Positions 30,912 through 39,865 of a stretch of DNA of 64,000 nt are shown piece after piece. This DNA comes from Gemmatimonadota bacterium. GTDB lineage: Bacteria; Gemmatimonadota; Gemmatimonadetes; Gemmatimonadales; GWC2-71-9. Made by a program: the position numbers and the translations under genes. Location: the NCBI GenBank assembly GCA_039930765.1, contig JBDTTF010000285.1, positions 69,185 through 133,184 on the forward strand. Reading direction: 5' to 3'. The notes beneath the pieces are model-generated. The model was given only the letters and a program-made list of their open reading frames with translations, searched no databases and was not told the origin of the DNA. The stretch's first letter is position 1. Every line of letters starts with the position of its first letter.

Positions 30912-31900
30912 TGCTCCATCTTGGGGGCTCGCTCCATGAGGTCCTTGACCGCATCCATTGGCGACTTGCCGGCAAACAGGATCTGATAGACCTGGTGACA
31001 GATCGGCAACTCGACGCCGAATCGTTCGGCCAGTTTCACAGCCGACTCGGCGGTCGTCACGCCCTCCGCCACGCTCCGGTGCTGCGCGGTGTAGGCCTTG
31101 AGCGTCTGGCCCCCCGCCAGCGCCACGCCCAGTGCCCGGTTGCGGCTCAGCAGCCCAGTGGTGGTCAGCACCAGATCCCCGATTCCGGCCAGACCGGCAA
31201 ATGTCAGGGGATCTGCGCCCATTGCCACGCCAAGTCGGGTGATCTCGGCGAGTCCGCGGGTGATCAGCGCAGCCTGCGGGTTGTAGCCGAGGCCGAGTCC
31301 GTCCAGGATCCCCGCCGCGATCGCGATGACATTCTTCAGCGCTCCCCCCAGCTCAACGCCGACCAGGTCACGATTCCAGTACACCCGGAACTGTGGGGTT
31401 GAGAACACCCGCTGCGCCTGCTGAGCTGCGGCCTCGTCGATCGAGGCCGCTACCACTGCGGTTGGCTGGCGCCGGTAGACTTCCAGCGCGAAGCTGGGTC
31501 CTGAAAGCGCGACAACCCTGGCGCCGGGAACCGACTCGCCGATCACCTGCGAGGTCAGCTTGAGCGAACCAGGCTCGAGCCCCTTGGTGGCGCTGACCCA
31601 CAGTGCCTCCGACCCTTGGCCGCCCGTGCCCCGCAGCACGACCTGACGCACCACATGACTCGGTGCGGCGCACAGGATCACGTCGGCTCCAGCGAGCGCC
31701 GCCACGGGATCGGCAGTAGCGGTCAGCCCACCATCCAGCGGGCACTCCGGCAGAAAAACAGGATTCTCGTGCCGATCATTGATGGCGCTGACGACATCAG
31801 GTTCATGCGCCCAGATCCTGACCTCGTGCCCCTGACGCGCCAGCAGGTCGGCGAGCGTCGTTCCCCAGCTGCCGGCGCCAAGGACCCCAACCCGGGTCAC
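30902..31900 (-). CDS. gpsA: NAD(P)H-dependent glycerol-3-phosphate dehydrogenase
   Basis: VGVLGAGSWGTTLA Rossmann motif; GALKNVIAIAAG. Confidence 0.95.
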   Translation of the reverse strand: MTRVGVLGAGSWGTTLADLLARQGHEVRIWAHEPDVVSAINDRHENPVFLPECPLDGGLTATADPVAALAGADVILCAAPSHVVRQVVLRGTGGQGSEALWVSATKGLEPGSLKLTSQVIGESVPGARVVALSGPSFALEVYRRQPTAVVAASIDEAAAQQAQRVFSTPQFRVYWNRDLVGVELGGALKNVIAIAAGILDGLGLGYNPQAALITRGLAEITRLGVAMGADPLTFAGLAGIGDLVLTTTGLLSRNRALGVALAGGQTLKAYTAQHRSVAEGVTTAESAVKLAERFGVELPICHQVYQILFAGKSPMDAVKDLMERAPKMEQWR

Positions 31901-32517
31901 TGCGCCGGCGGCGATGCCGCTGCCCCCCGCCCGACGCGGTTCTCGGTGCCGGCAACCAGCCGTCTGATGTTGGCCCGGTGTTTCCAGATGATGAATCCGG
32001 CTATGGCCACATCGAATATCAGTCGCACGGGCTCAATGGCAGCCCGATGGAACAGCCAGTCCGCCACCGGAAAAAGCCCGGCCGCGAAGATCGATCCCAG
32101 CGACACATACCCACTCATCCGCACCACGATGGCCCACACCAGCAGCACCGCAGGCAGAGCCAGGGGTGACAGCCCGAGGATGACCCCGGCGGCCGTGGCC
32201 ACCCCCTTCCCTCCCGCGAATCGTACGAAGACCGAGAAGACATGACCGAGGATGGCGGTGGCCCCGCACATCAACGCGAAGTACCGCACCTCCGGGGCCT
32301 GGGCACCAAATACGACGACCGGAATGAATCCCTTGGCCGCATCAAACAGCCCGACTGGGACTGCGTATTTCCATCCCATCACCCGATACAGATTGGTGGC
32401 ACCGAGGTTCTTGCTGCCGTAGTCGCGCAGGTCGATTCCGCGTGCCAGCCGTCCCACCAGATAGCTGGTGGGTATGGCACCGAGCAGGTAGGACGCCAGG
32501 AGCCAGGCCAGAGCCAT
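31897..32517 (-). CDS. plsY: Glycerol-3-phosphate acyltransferase PlsY
   Basis: ATG 32517 (MALAWLLASYLLGAIPTSYLVGR...GSKNLGATN...GGKGVAT). The longer ORF would overlap der. Confidence 0.9.
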   Translation of the reverse strand: MALAWLLASYLLGAIPTSYLVGRLARGIDLRDYGSKNLGATNLYRVMGWKYAVPVGLFDAAKGFIPVVVFGAQAPEVRYFALMCGATAILGHVFSVFVRFAGGKGVATAAGVILGLSPLALPAVLLVWAIVVRMSGYVSLGSIFAAGLFPVADWLFHRAAIEPVRLIFDVAIAGFIIWKHRANIRRLVAGTENRVGRGAAASPPAQ

Positions 32518-32524
32518 CGACGGA

Positions 32525-33850
32525 CTAGTGACGGCCACTGCCCCGGCGGGCAAACTTGAGCCGCAGCGGGCTGCCAAGGAACGGCCATTCCTGCCGAAAG
32601 CCATGGCCGAGATAGCGCTGGTACGACTCAGGCACATCGTCCGGCCGGTTACAGATCACCGCGATCGTCGGTGGAGCGACTCCGACCTGCGACGCGAAGA
32701 GCAACTTGACCTCCTCGCCGGGCTGCTGCGGTGGTGCGCTGCGCTGAATCAGGGCCTCGAGAATCTTGTTCACCTCGGACGTACCGATCCGCTGCTGCCG
32801 GGCCTCGGCGACCTCGAGGATGAGATCTTTCAACTGGCTGACCCGCTGCCCGCTGGATGCCGAGGTGTAGAGGAAAGGCACGTAGGCCAGGAAGGGCGCC
32901 TTCTCGATGAGCTCGTCCTGCCCTCTCCGGGCGGTGTTGGCGTCCTTTTCCTCGATCAAGTCCCACTTGTTGACCACGATGATCAGTCCGCAGCCGTGAT
33001 CCCACGCCTCGGTCGCAATCCGCAGATCCTGATTGTGCATCCCGAGCTTGGCATCGACCACCAGAACGCAAACCTGGGCCCGCTCGATCGCCCGTCTGGT
33101 TCTGAGCGTGCTGTAGAACTCAACATCATCTTCTACTTTAGATCGCCTGCGTAAACCCGCAGTATCAATGAAGTTGAGTGTCTTCCCGTGATATCGCAAG
33201 GGGGAGTCGATCGCGTCACGAGTGGTGCCCGCCTCCGGTGCGACCACATGACGATCCTCGCCCAGCAGCCGGTTGATCAGCGAGCTCTTGCCGGCGTTCG
33301 GGCGACCTACCACCGCAACCTGGACGGTCTCCTCGTCCTCGGCGTCGGTCCGCTCCGGCAGCCGCTGGATGATCGCATCCAGGAGGTCGCCGCTGGCCTT
33401 GCCGACCTGGGCCGAGACCGGCAGCGGATCGCCGAGGCCAAGGGCGTAGAAGGCGAGCTGGCCGGAGGTATCGGGGAGGTCATCCAGCTTGTTCACGGCG
33501 ATGAGTACCGGACGCCCGGACTTGCGAAGCCGGGCTGCAATTTCCGAATCCACCGGGTTGAGCCCGTCCTTGCCATCGACCACCAGGACCACGAGATCCG
33601 ATTCGTCCAGCGCCAGTTCCACCTGATGCCGGATGGCGCGATCCATCGACGCATCCGAGTGCGGCACCAGCCCGCCGGTGTCGATCAGCCAGAACCGTCG
33701 GCCGCCCCATTCGGCGTTGCCGAAATTGCGGTCCCTGGTCGTGCCCGCCTCGGCGGACACGATGGCTTTCCGTCCGCCGATCAGCCGGTTGAATAGCGTC
33801 GATTTCCCGACATTGGGGCGCCCGACGATCGCCACTGTGGGTTGACTCAT
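32525..33850 (-). CDS. der: Ribosome-biogenesis GTPase Der (EngA)
   Basis: Two G-domains (GRPNVGKST and GRPNAGKSS) plus a KH-like C-terminus. Confidence 0.95.
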   Translation of the reverse strand: MSQPTVAIVGRPNVGKSTLFNRLIGGRKAIVSAEAGTTRDRNFGNAEWGGRRFWLIDTGGLVPHSDASMDRAIRHQVELALDESDLVVLVVDGKDGLNPVDSEIAARLRKSGRPVLIAVNKLDDLPDTSGQLAFYALGLGDPLPVSAQVGKASGDLLDAIIQRLPERTDAEDEETVQVAVVGRPNAGKSSLINRLLGEDRHVVAPEAGTTRDAIDSPLRYHGKTLNFIDTAGLRRRSKVEDDVEFYSTLRTRRAIERAQVCVLVVDAKLGMHNQDLRIATEAWDHGCGLIIVVNKWDLIEEKDANTARRGQDELIEKAPFLAYVPFLYTSASSGQRVSQLKDLILEVAEARQQRIGTSEVNKILEALIQRSAPPQQPGEEVKLLFASQVGVAPPTIAVICNRPDDVPESYQRYLGHGFRQEWPFLGSPLRLKFARRGSGRH

Positions 33851-35124
33851 GAGTGGTTCCGATCCAGAAGGGCGTCCACGAAATCGTAGGACGGCAGCAC
33901 CGGGACCCTGACGCTGGCCCGGAGGACGCTGAGTGACAAATCGTCCATGAACAATCCGTCGTCATTGAGCGACTCGCGCGGCAGCAGCGCGAGATCGAGG
34001 TCGGTCCGTCCTGCGAGCGCCGCCTGAAATGCCAGGCCGGGCACCAGTCCCGCACAGGTGACCGAAGGGCCGAACAGCGTGTTGGTCACCGGAATCAGTT
34101 CGAAGTGGGCTCCGGTCAACCTGGCGAGCGGGGCCACCACCTGTGGCAGCAGGAGTGCCATCGAGGTGCCGGTCAGCACCCCGATACGCAATCCGGCCAT
34201 GGATGGCAGGCTCGATGCCTCCTCCCGAATCCGTTCCTGGAGGAAGCGCACCGAGCCGACCCCGTTTTCCACCTGTTGAAAGCCGTCGTACTGTTCGGCC
34301 GCCGGCAGTTCGACATCGGCCCGGAGATACAGCTCGTCGGCACCGAAGGCCCAGGTGCTGCCGCGCTCACGCCGGGCCCGGTCGGCAAACTCGGCAAGGA
34401 TCTTCAGCGCCGAGCGGCATTCTTCACGGGTGGGCTCCCGGACCAGGGAATGCTTGCTGAATTCGGTGAGACCCACCGGCACCACCGAGACGTTGAGGAC
34501 CGATGGCCCAAACTGGTAGAGATCCGACAGCGTCTGATGCAGGACCGGTCCGTCGTTCACCCCGGGAGACATCACGATCTGGGTGTGAAACACGATGCCC
34601 CGTGCCGCGAAGAGGCGCAGCTGCTCGAGAATGTCCGGCGCCAGCGGATTGCGGAGCAGGTAGCGGCGTACGCCAGGGTCGGTGGCGTGCACCGAGACGT
34701 AGAGCGGCGACAACCGATATTCGAGAATCCGTTCGACGTCCCACGGCTTCAGATTGGTGAGGGTGGCAAAATTGCCGTACTTGAAGGACAGCCGGTAGTC
34801 ATCGTCCCTGATGTACAGGGTCTCGCGCAGTCCCTGCGGCAGCCCGTCGACGAAGCAGAAATCGCAGCGGTTGGCGCAGCGGCGGATCCGCGGCGGGTCG
34901 AGCGACACACCCATGGGCAGGTCCGCTGGCCGCTCGATATCGAACTCGATCTCTTCGCCATCGGGCTGACGGACATGCAGGAGGAACTGGTCATCGGCGG
35001 TGAGGAATTCCCAGTCGAGAAAGTCCTCCAGCTCACGCCCATTGACCGTAATGAGCTCGGTCCCCACCTGGAGACCGAGCTCATCAGCCACCGTCCCCGG
35101 ATGGACGGCGGAAACCCTGATCAC
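33847..35124 (-). CDS. DUF512 (PDZ plus radical-SAM-like) protein
   Basis: GTG 35124 chosen, since the longer ORF overlaps the cytochrome c gene. PDZ-like N-terminus (GLQVGTELITVNGRE), CANRCDFCF cluster motif. The position upstream of der is a common synteny. Confidence 0.75.
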   Translation of the reverse strand: MIRVSAVHPGTVADELGLQVGTELITVNGRELEDFLDWEFLTADDQFLLHVRQPDGEEIEFDIERPADLPMGVSLDPPRIRRCANRCDFCFVDGLPQGLRETLYIRDDDYRLSFKYGNFATLTNLKPWDVERILEYRLSPLYVSVHATDPGVRRYLLRNPLAPDILEQLRLFAARGIVFHTQIVMSPGVNDGPVLHQTLSDLYQFGPSVLNVSVVPVGLTEFSKHSLVREPTREECRSALKILAEFADRARRERGSTWAFGADELYLRADVELPAAEQYDGFQQVENGVGSVRFLQERIREEASSLPSMAGLRIGVLTGTSMALLLPQVVAPLARLTGAHFELIPVTNTLFGPSVTCAGLVPGLAFQAALAGRTDLDLALLPRESLNDDGLFMDDLSLSVLRASVRVPVLPSYDFVDALLDRNHS

Positions 35125-35149
35125 GAGGGACTCTCGACCCGCCGCCCGC

Positions 35150-35533
35150 TCAGCTCGCCTTGTGGCTGAGCGACCAGACGTAGGCGGCCACCAGCTTGAC
35201 CTCATCATCGGAGATGCTCGAGCCGCCGCGAGGGGGCATGATGTTGCCGCTCTTCGACTCTTCCTTCGTCACCCCGGTCATCACCTGCTTGACGATTTCC
35301 TCATAGCTGCCCTTGCTGTGCAGCCACTGGTCGTCGGTCAGGTTGGGCCCGACGGCGCCCTTGGCATCATTGCCGTGGCAGGCAAAGCACAGACCCGAGC
35401 CGTGAAAGATCTCATCGCCCTTGGCAATCGACTCCTTCGTCACTCCGGCTGGGAGCGCCTGCGCTGCCAGGGGTGAGCCACCGGCCAGACACAGCGCCAG
35501 CACCAGCCACCCGCCCTGAATTCGATTACGCAT
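35150..35533 (-). CDS. Class I c-type cytochrome (secreted)
   Basis: Signal peptide, haem-binding CFACHG, distal Met region. GGAGA Shine-Dalgarno 5 nt upstream of the ATG. Confidence 0.85.
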   Translation of the reverse strand: MRNRIQGGWLVLALCLAGGSPLAAQALPAGVTKESIAKGDEIFHGSGLCFACHGNDAKGAVGPNLTDDQWLHSKGSYEEIVKQVMTGVTKEESKSGNIMPPRGGSSISDDEVKLVAAYVWSLSHKAS

Positions 35534-35731
35534 TGCCGTCTCCTTGGGATCTGAGCTGTTACTCGTACCGATAAAAATTCCCCGCAGATCGACCCGTACG
35601 CGGGCACTCCAACACGGCGGAAGTTACTGCCATTTCAGCGTTTGCACAACCCAGCCCAGAGATTACATGAGGTCACCTCATGGGGCACATTGGCCACGAT
35701 TTCAGGCCTGCCCCGACCTGACGGCCAGACG

Positions 35732-35759
35732 AAAACCCTGCCGATCGAAATCGACAGGG
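35732..35759 (-). terminator. Rho-independent terminator after tRNA-Gly
   Basis: Minus strand CCCTGTCGA-TTTCGA-TCGGCAGGG (9-bp stem with one G-U) followed by TTTTC, 10 nt after the tRNA 3' end. Confidence 0.5.
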
Positions 35760-35769
35760 CTGATGGAAG

Positions 35770-35842
<73 letters not shown>

Positions 35843-35886
35843 AAGCGGGGCAGAATGTGCCCTCCAGTCTGCCCCTAAGTCAACAG

Positions 35887-37314
35887 CTACTTCCGATGAT
35901 ACCGCCAGGTCGTGATGCCCTTGGCCGAGGCCGAGAGCTGAATCGGGCTGCTCTGGCCCGGGGTCAAGGCCGGGATGGTGGCCTCCTTGCTGGCGAGGAC
36001 CGCGCCCGAGGCATCGAGGAAGTCGAATACAATCCCGACCGGCGCCGGCTTGAGCGTCTTGCCAGCCGCGTCCTTCGGGTCACGCCCAGTGGCCGTCCCG
36101 GTCAGGGTCGCGTTCTCACCAGGTGTGAAGTCAGTGACGTCGATGGCGACGGGCCAGCCCACCAGGTCGGTGGCCAGTTTCGTGAGGTCGGCCTGGTTCT
36201 TGGTCAACTGGAACCCGGCCACGGCAAGGCTGACATATTTGTCGTTCAACGGCTCCAGCGACATCATGACCTTCGAGGTGGCGGTCAGGCCGGGACCGTC
36301 CTTCAGGGCCAGCTGCGCGTTGGCTCGGTTGTACAGCGCCTCGCGCTGGAAGGGCAGCGACTGGAGTACCGTGGCGAAAGCCGCATCGGCACCCTTGTAG
36401 TCCTTGGCGTTGAACTGCACGACGCCAACCTGGAATACCGAGTCGAGCGGATTCTTGGTCGCACCGCCGGCGGTCAGGCCGATCGAGCTCATGATGGCCT
36501 GGGCACTGTCCGCCATTCCGGCGCCCTGAAATGCCTGGGCCAATCCCTTCTTGCCGTCCGCATCCTCGGGGTTCTGGGAAACGTAGGCATGAAAGGTCGC
36601 GATGGCCGCCGGCCACTGCTTGGCACCGATCTGCATGACCCCGGCGTTGTACAGCGACTGATTGTGCATGCTGACCGCGGACGTGTCGGTCTTGCTGTAC
36701 GGAGCCGCGGCTGCGGCCTCGAAGTAGTGCAAGGCGCTGTCATTCTGCTGAGTCTGGCCGAACAGGGCGGCCATATTCAGGTATGCCAGCGGCGAGTCGC
36801 TATACACCTTGTTGGCGGCGCGGTAAAACAGCAGGGCCGTCGGGTTGTCGCCCGCCTTCTGCTTGTCATTGGCAAGCCCAAGCAGGCGGAACCAGACCAG
36901 CTGACGGCTGGTGTCGAGGTCGCTCTTGCAGCCCGGCGCCAGTCCGACCGCCTTCGTGTAGGCGCTGTCCGCGCCGGTGAGATCCCCCAGCGCCATGTCC
37001 GCCTTGCCCAGCCAGTACCAGCTGGTGGCGAGCTTGCCCTGCCCCGCCACGATGGCATCGGTCAGGTTGGTCTGGGCGTTGCGAAGAATGCGATTGCGGT
37101 TTCCCGAATCGGACTGGCTCATGGCAGTCTTGTAGTAGGTCTTGCCACTGCTGACCCTGAAGTCTCCGCCCTTGAGCAGGTCACTGCACTCCTTGGCAGG
37201 ATCGGCAAAAGCGCCGGCTGCCCCCGCGGTCAGCGCCGCGGCCACCGGATCCTGCGCGGCGGCGACCTGAGCAAAGGCGGCGAAGACCAGCGCGCACCAC
37301 AGCGATCGTTTCAT
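35887..37314 (-). CDS. Secreted tetratricopeptide-repeat protein with C-terminal beta-rich domain
   Basis: ATG 37314 preceded by GGAG. Signal peptide MKRSLWCALVFAAFAQVAAAQ, then multiple TPR-like helical pairs. Confidence 0.75.
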   Translation of the reverse strand: MKRSLWCALVFAAFAQVAAAQDPVAAALTAGAAGAFADPAKECSDLLKGGDFRVSSGKTYYKTAMSQSDSGNRNRILRNAQTNLTDAIVAGQGKLATSWYWLGKADMALGDLTGADSAYTKAVGLAPGCKSDLDTSRQLVWFRLLGLANDKQKAGDNPTALLFYRAANKVYSDSPLAYLNMAALFGQTQQNDSALHYFEAAAAAPYSKTDTSAVSMHNQSLYNAGVMQIGAKQWPAAIATFHAYVSQNPEDADGKKGLAQAFQGAGMADSAQAIMSSIGLTAGGATKNPLDSVFQVGVVQFNAKDYKGADAAFATVLQSLPFQREALYNRANAQLALKDGPGLTATSKVMMSLEPLNDKYVSLAVAGFQLTKNQADLTKLATDLVGWPVAIDVTDFTPGENATLTGTATGRDPKDAAGKTLKPAPVGIVFDFLDASGAVLASKEATIPALTPGQSSPIQLSASAKGITTWRYHRK

Positions 37315-37327
37315 GCCCACTCCTGTT

Positions 37328-38677
37328 CTAGGTATCTGCCGAGCGGACCGACTGCCCGCTCAGCATATCCAGCGCATGTTTCTGGATCTCACGCGCCAGC
37401 TCATGTGCTGGCCTGCCGGTCTCTCCGGCCACCCGCACCACATCGTCATACTCCGGCTTTACCCTGGGGCCTTCGGAGGTCTCCAGAATCTTTACCCTGA
37501 TGTCCCCACCTGGAGCGGCGATTGAAATCTCGCGTCGGGGGAGCACCTCGCGTCGGCCGGTCGACCAGCGGACCCCTGCGGTCGTACTATGGCGGAAGAA
37601 AGCAGCGCTGATCCGGGATTCTGCGCCGGCACTGGCCACGGCCTCCACTCGAAAGCCGACCCGACCTTTCTTCCCCATCGTGGACCATACTTGCACATCC
37701 AGGGCCCCGGCGGCGGTCAATGCCGTCCTCAGCGGTTCAAGATATTCCGGACTCAGGTCATCGATATCTGTGGTCAGGGTCACTACGTCGACGTCTGAAG
37801 TGCCCGATTCCACCACAATCAAGCGCAATGCGTTCGGGTATTGTTCGGGATTCCGCCCACCTGCGCCCCAGCCGCTGGCGACCGGCTTCCATCCGCTGGG
37901 TGGGCGTCCCTGAGAGAGGACGCGTAACAGGACGGCCCCGGTGGGAGTGGTGGCCTCGCCGGTGACCGGTCCGTCGGGGCCGATCTCCACGCCCTCGAGC
38001 AGCCGGATGGTGACCGGTGCCGGCACCGCCATGGTGCCGTGAGCTGCACGCACCCAGCCCGAGCCTACCGCCACCGGTCGATTGAAGATCCGGCTGATGC
38101 CGAGCTGTTCGAACCCTTCGATCCCGCCGACGATGTCAATCAGGGCATCAAGCGCACCGACTTCATGCAGCACGACCTGATCGGGTGCGACGCCGTGAAT
38201 GGCTCCTTCGTGCTCCCCGAGCAGCCGGAACGCCTGCACTGCCCTTTCTCTCACCCAGGGACTGAGAGGTGCGGCTTCAATCAGCCGAATCAGGTCACTG
38301 ACGCGCCGATGGGGGCCGTGATGGTGACCTTCATGCCCGTGGGCGCGCGGTTCATCCGGATGCTGATGGGGTTGATCGTGGGCATGATGGTGCGAATGTC
38401 CGGGATGCTGGTGCGGTGGATGGCCGAGGCCGGCCTCATCGTGCGGACCCTCCACCGACCCATCAGCCATGACCACATCGACCTTCATGGCCGAGACGCC
38501 GCAGCGGCTCACCGGGTGGACCCGGATGGTCACACCCTCAAGGCCGAGCCGCGCAGGTAGTGCCTCGAGCCAGGCGAGGGGGGCTCCGGCCGCGAGGAGG
38601 GCGCCGAGCAGCATGTCGCCGCTGATCCCGGCACTGGGGTCGAGAATTGCGAAGGTCCGGCTTGTCATCGAGCGCAA
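37328..38677 (-). CDS. larC: Nickel-pincer cofactor biosynthesis / nickel insertion protein LarC (DUF111)
   Basis: FAILDPSAGISGDMLLGALL N-terminus and the His-rich insert HPPHQHPGHSHHHAHDQPHQHPDEPRAHGHEGHHHGPH, characteristic of LarC. Confidence 0.85.
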   Translation of the reverse strand: MRSMTSRTFAILDPSAGISGDMLLGALLAAGAPLAWLEALPARLGLEGVTIRVHPVSRCGVSAMKVDVVMADGSVEGPHDEAGLGHPPHQHPGHSHHHAHDQPHQHPDEPRAHGHEGHHHGPHRRVSDLIRLIEAAPLSPWVRERAVQAFRLLGEHEGAIHGVAPDQVVLHEVGALDALIDIVGGIEGFEQLGISRIFNRPVAVGSGWVRAAHGTMAVPAPVTIRLLEGVEIGPDGPVTGEATTPTGAVLLRVLSQGRPPSGWKPVASGWGAGGRNPEQYPNALRLIVVESGTSDVDVVTLTTDIDDLSPEYLEPLRTALTAAGALDVQVWSTMGKKGRVGFRVEAVASAGAESRISAAFFRHSTTAGVRWSTGRREVLPRREISIAAPGGDIRVKILETSEGPRVKPEYDDVVRVAGETGRPAHELAREIQKHALDMLSGQSVRSADT

Positions 38678-38689
38678 TATCGCCCTGAC

Positions 38690-39865
38690 TCAGCGTGACG
38701 GCAAATCACTGGCGCCGCGGTAGAGCCAGCCCGAGCCGGTATTGAACACCAGCACCCGGTCCCGATCGCTCAGGAGCCCCCGCTGCAGGGCCATCCGTGC
38801 CCCCTGGAACGCGGCCCCGCCCTCGGGCGAGAGGTCGATTCCCTCAGTCGCCGAAATTTCCCTGGCCCGCTCGGTCAGATCCTGGTCCGACACGGCGATC
38901 GCCGCCCCACCGCTCTCCCTGAGCGCCCGCAGGATCAGGCGGTCGCCGAGTGGCGCCGGGACCCGGAGTCCACTGGCCACGGTCCAGGGGTCGATCCAGG
39001 GGGCTGCGTGGTCATGACCCAGATCGAACGCCCTCACGATTGGCGCGCAGCCACTTGATTGAACGGAGTACATCCTGGGCAGGGGTCCGCGGATCCAGCC
39101 CGCGGCAGCCAACTCGCCGAAGGCCTTCCACATGCCGATCAACCCGGTGCCGCCGCCGGTCGGATAAAAGATTGCGCTCGGCAAGGTCCAGCCGAATGCC
39201 TCCGCTATCTCCAATCCCAGGGTTTTCTTGCCCTCGATCCGATACGGTTCGCGCAGGGTCGAGAGATCGAAGGCCCCGGATTCGGCGGCCCACCCGCGGG
39301 CGGCCCTGCCGCAATCCCCGATGTGGCCTTCGAGGGTTACCAGGTCACCACCAAACAGACGAATCTGGGTGAGAATCCGCTCCGGTGTCGAGGCGGGCGC
39401 GTAAACCCGGACCGGGAGGCCGGCCCGGGCTGCGTAGGCGGATGCGGCCACGCCGGCATTGCCTGCGGTCGGCACCACGAACTGCCGGGCTCCGCCTGCT
39501 GCGGCGCGGGTTATCGCAGCGCTCAGCCCCCTGGCCTTGAACGAGCCAGTGGGATTGGTCGACTCATCCTTGGTCCAGAGATCGGGAAGCCCAATGCGAG
39601 CGCCAGTGCGCGGGATCGGGAGGAGCGGCGTGTTGCCTTCGCCGAGGGAAACCGGAGCTTCGCCGGGGACGACTGGCATCCATTCATGGAAGCGCCAGAT
39701 ACCGATACCATGCCGGGCGATGTCAGGTGCAGATGCATATCGGCGGTCCGGATAGCGCACCAGCCAGGGCTGTCCGCACTGGCAGACCGTCGGAAGCCCT
39801 TCCGGACCACGGGTGGCCTGACAGGCGGAACACTCCAGTATCCAGTCCATTTTGGCCCGGCTCAC
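38690..39865 (-). CDS. thrC: Threonine synthase (short type, N-terminal Cys4 zinc-ribbon)
   Basis: CSAC...CQCG ribbon. PLP lysine motif NPTGSFKARG and glycine loop PTGGGTG. Confidence 0.78.
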   Translation of the reverse strand: MSRAKMDWILECSACQATRGPEGLPTVCQCGQPWLVRYPDRRYASAPDIARHGIGIWRFHEWMPVVPGEAPVSLGEGNTPLLPIPRTGARIGLPDLWTKDESTNPTGSFKARGLSAAITRAAAGGARQFVVPTAGNAGVAASAYAARAGLPVRVYAPASTPERILTQIRLFGGDLVTLEGHIGDCGRAARGWAAESGAFDLSTLREPYRIEGKKTLGLEIAEAFGWTLPSAIFYPTGGGTGLIGMWKAFGELAAAGWIRGPLPRMYSVQSSGCAPIVRAFDLGHDHAAPWIDPWTVASGLRVPAPLGDRLILRALRESGGAAIAVSDQDLTERAREISATEGIDLSPEGGAAFQGARMALQRGLLSDRDRVLVFNTGSGWLYRGASDLPSR

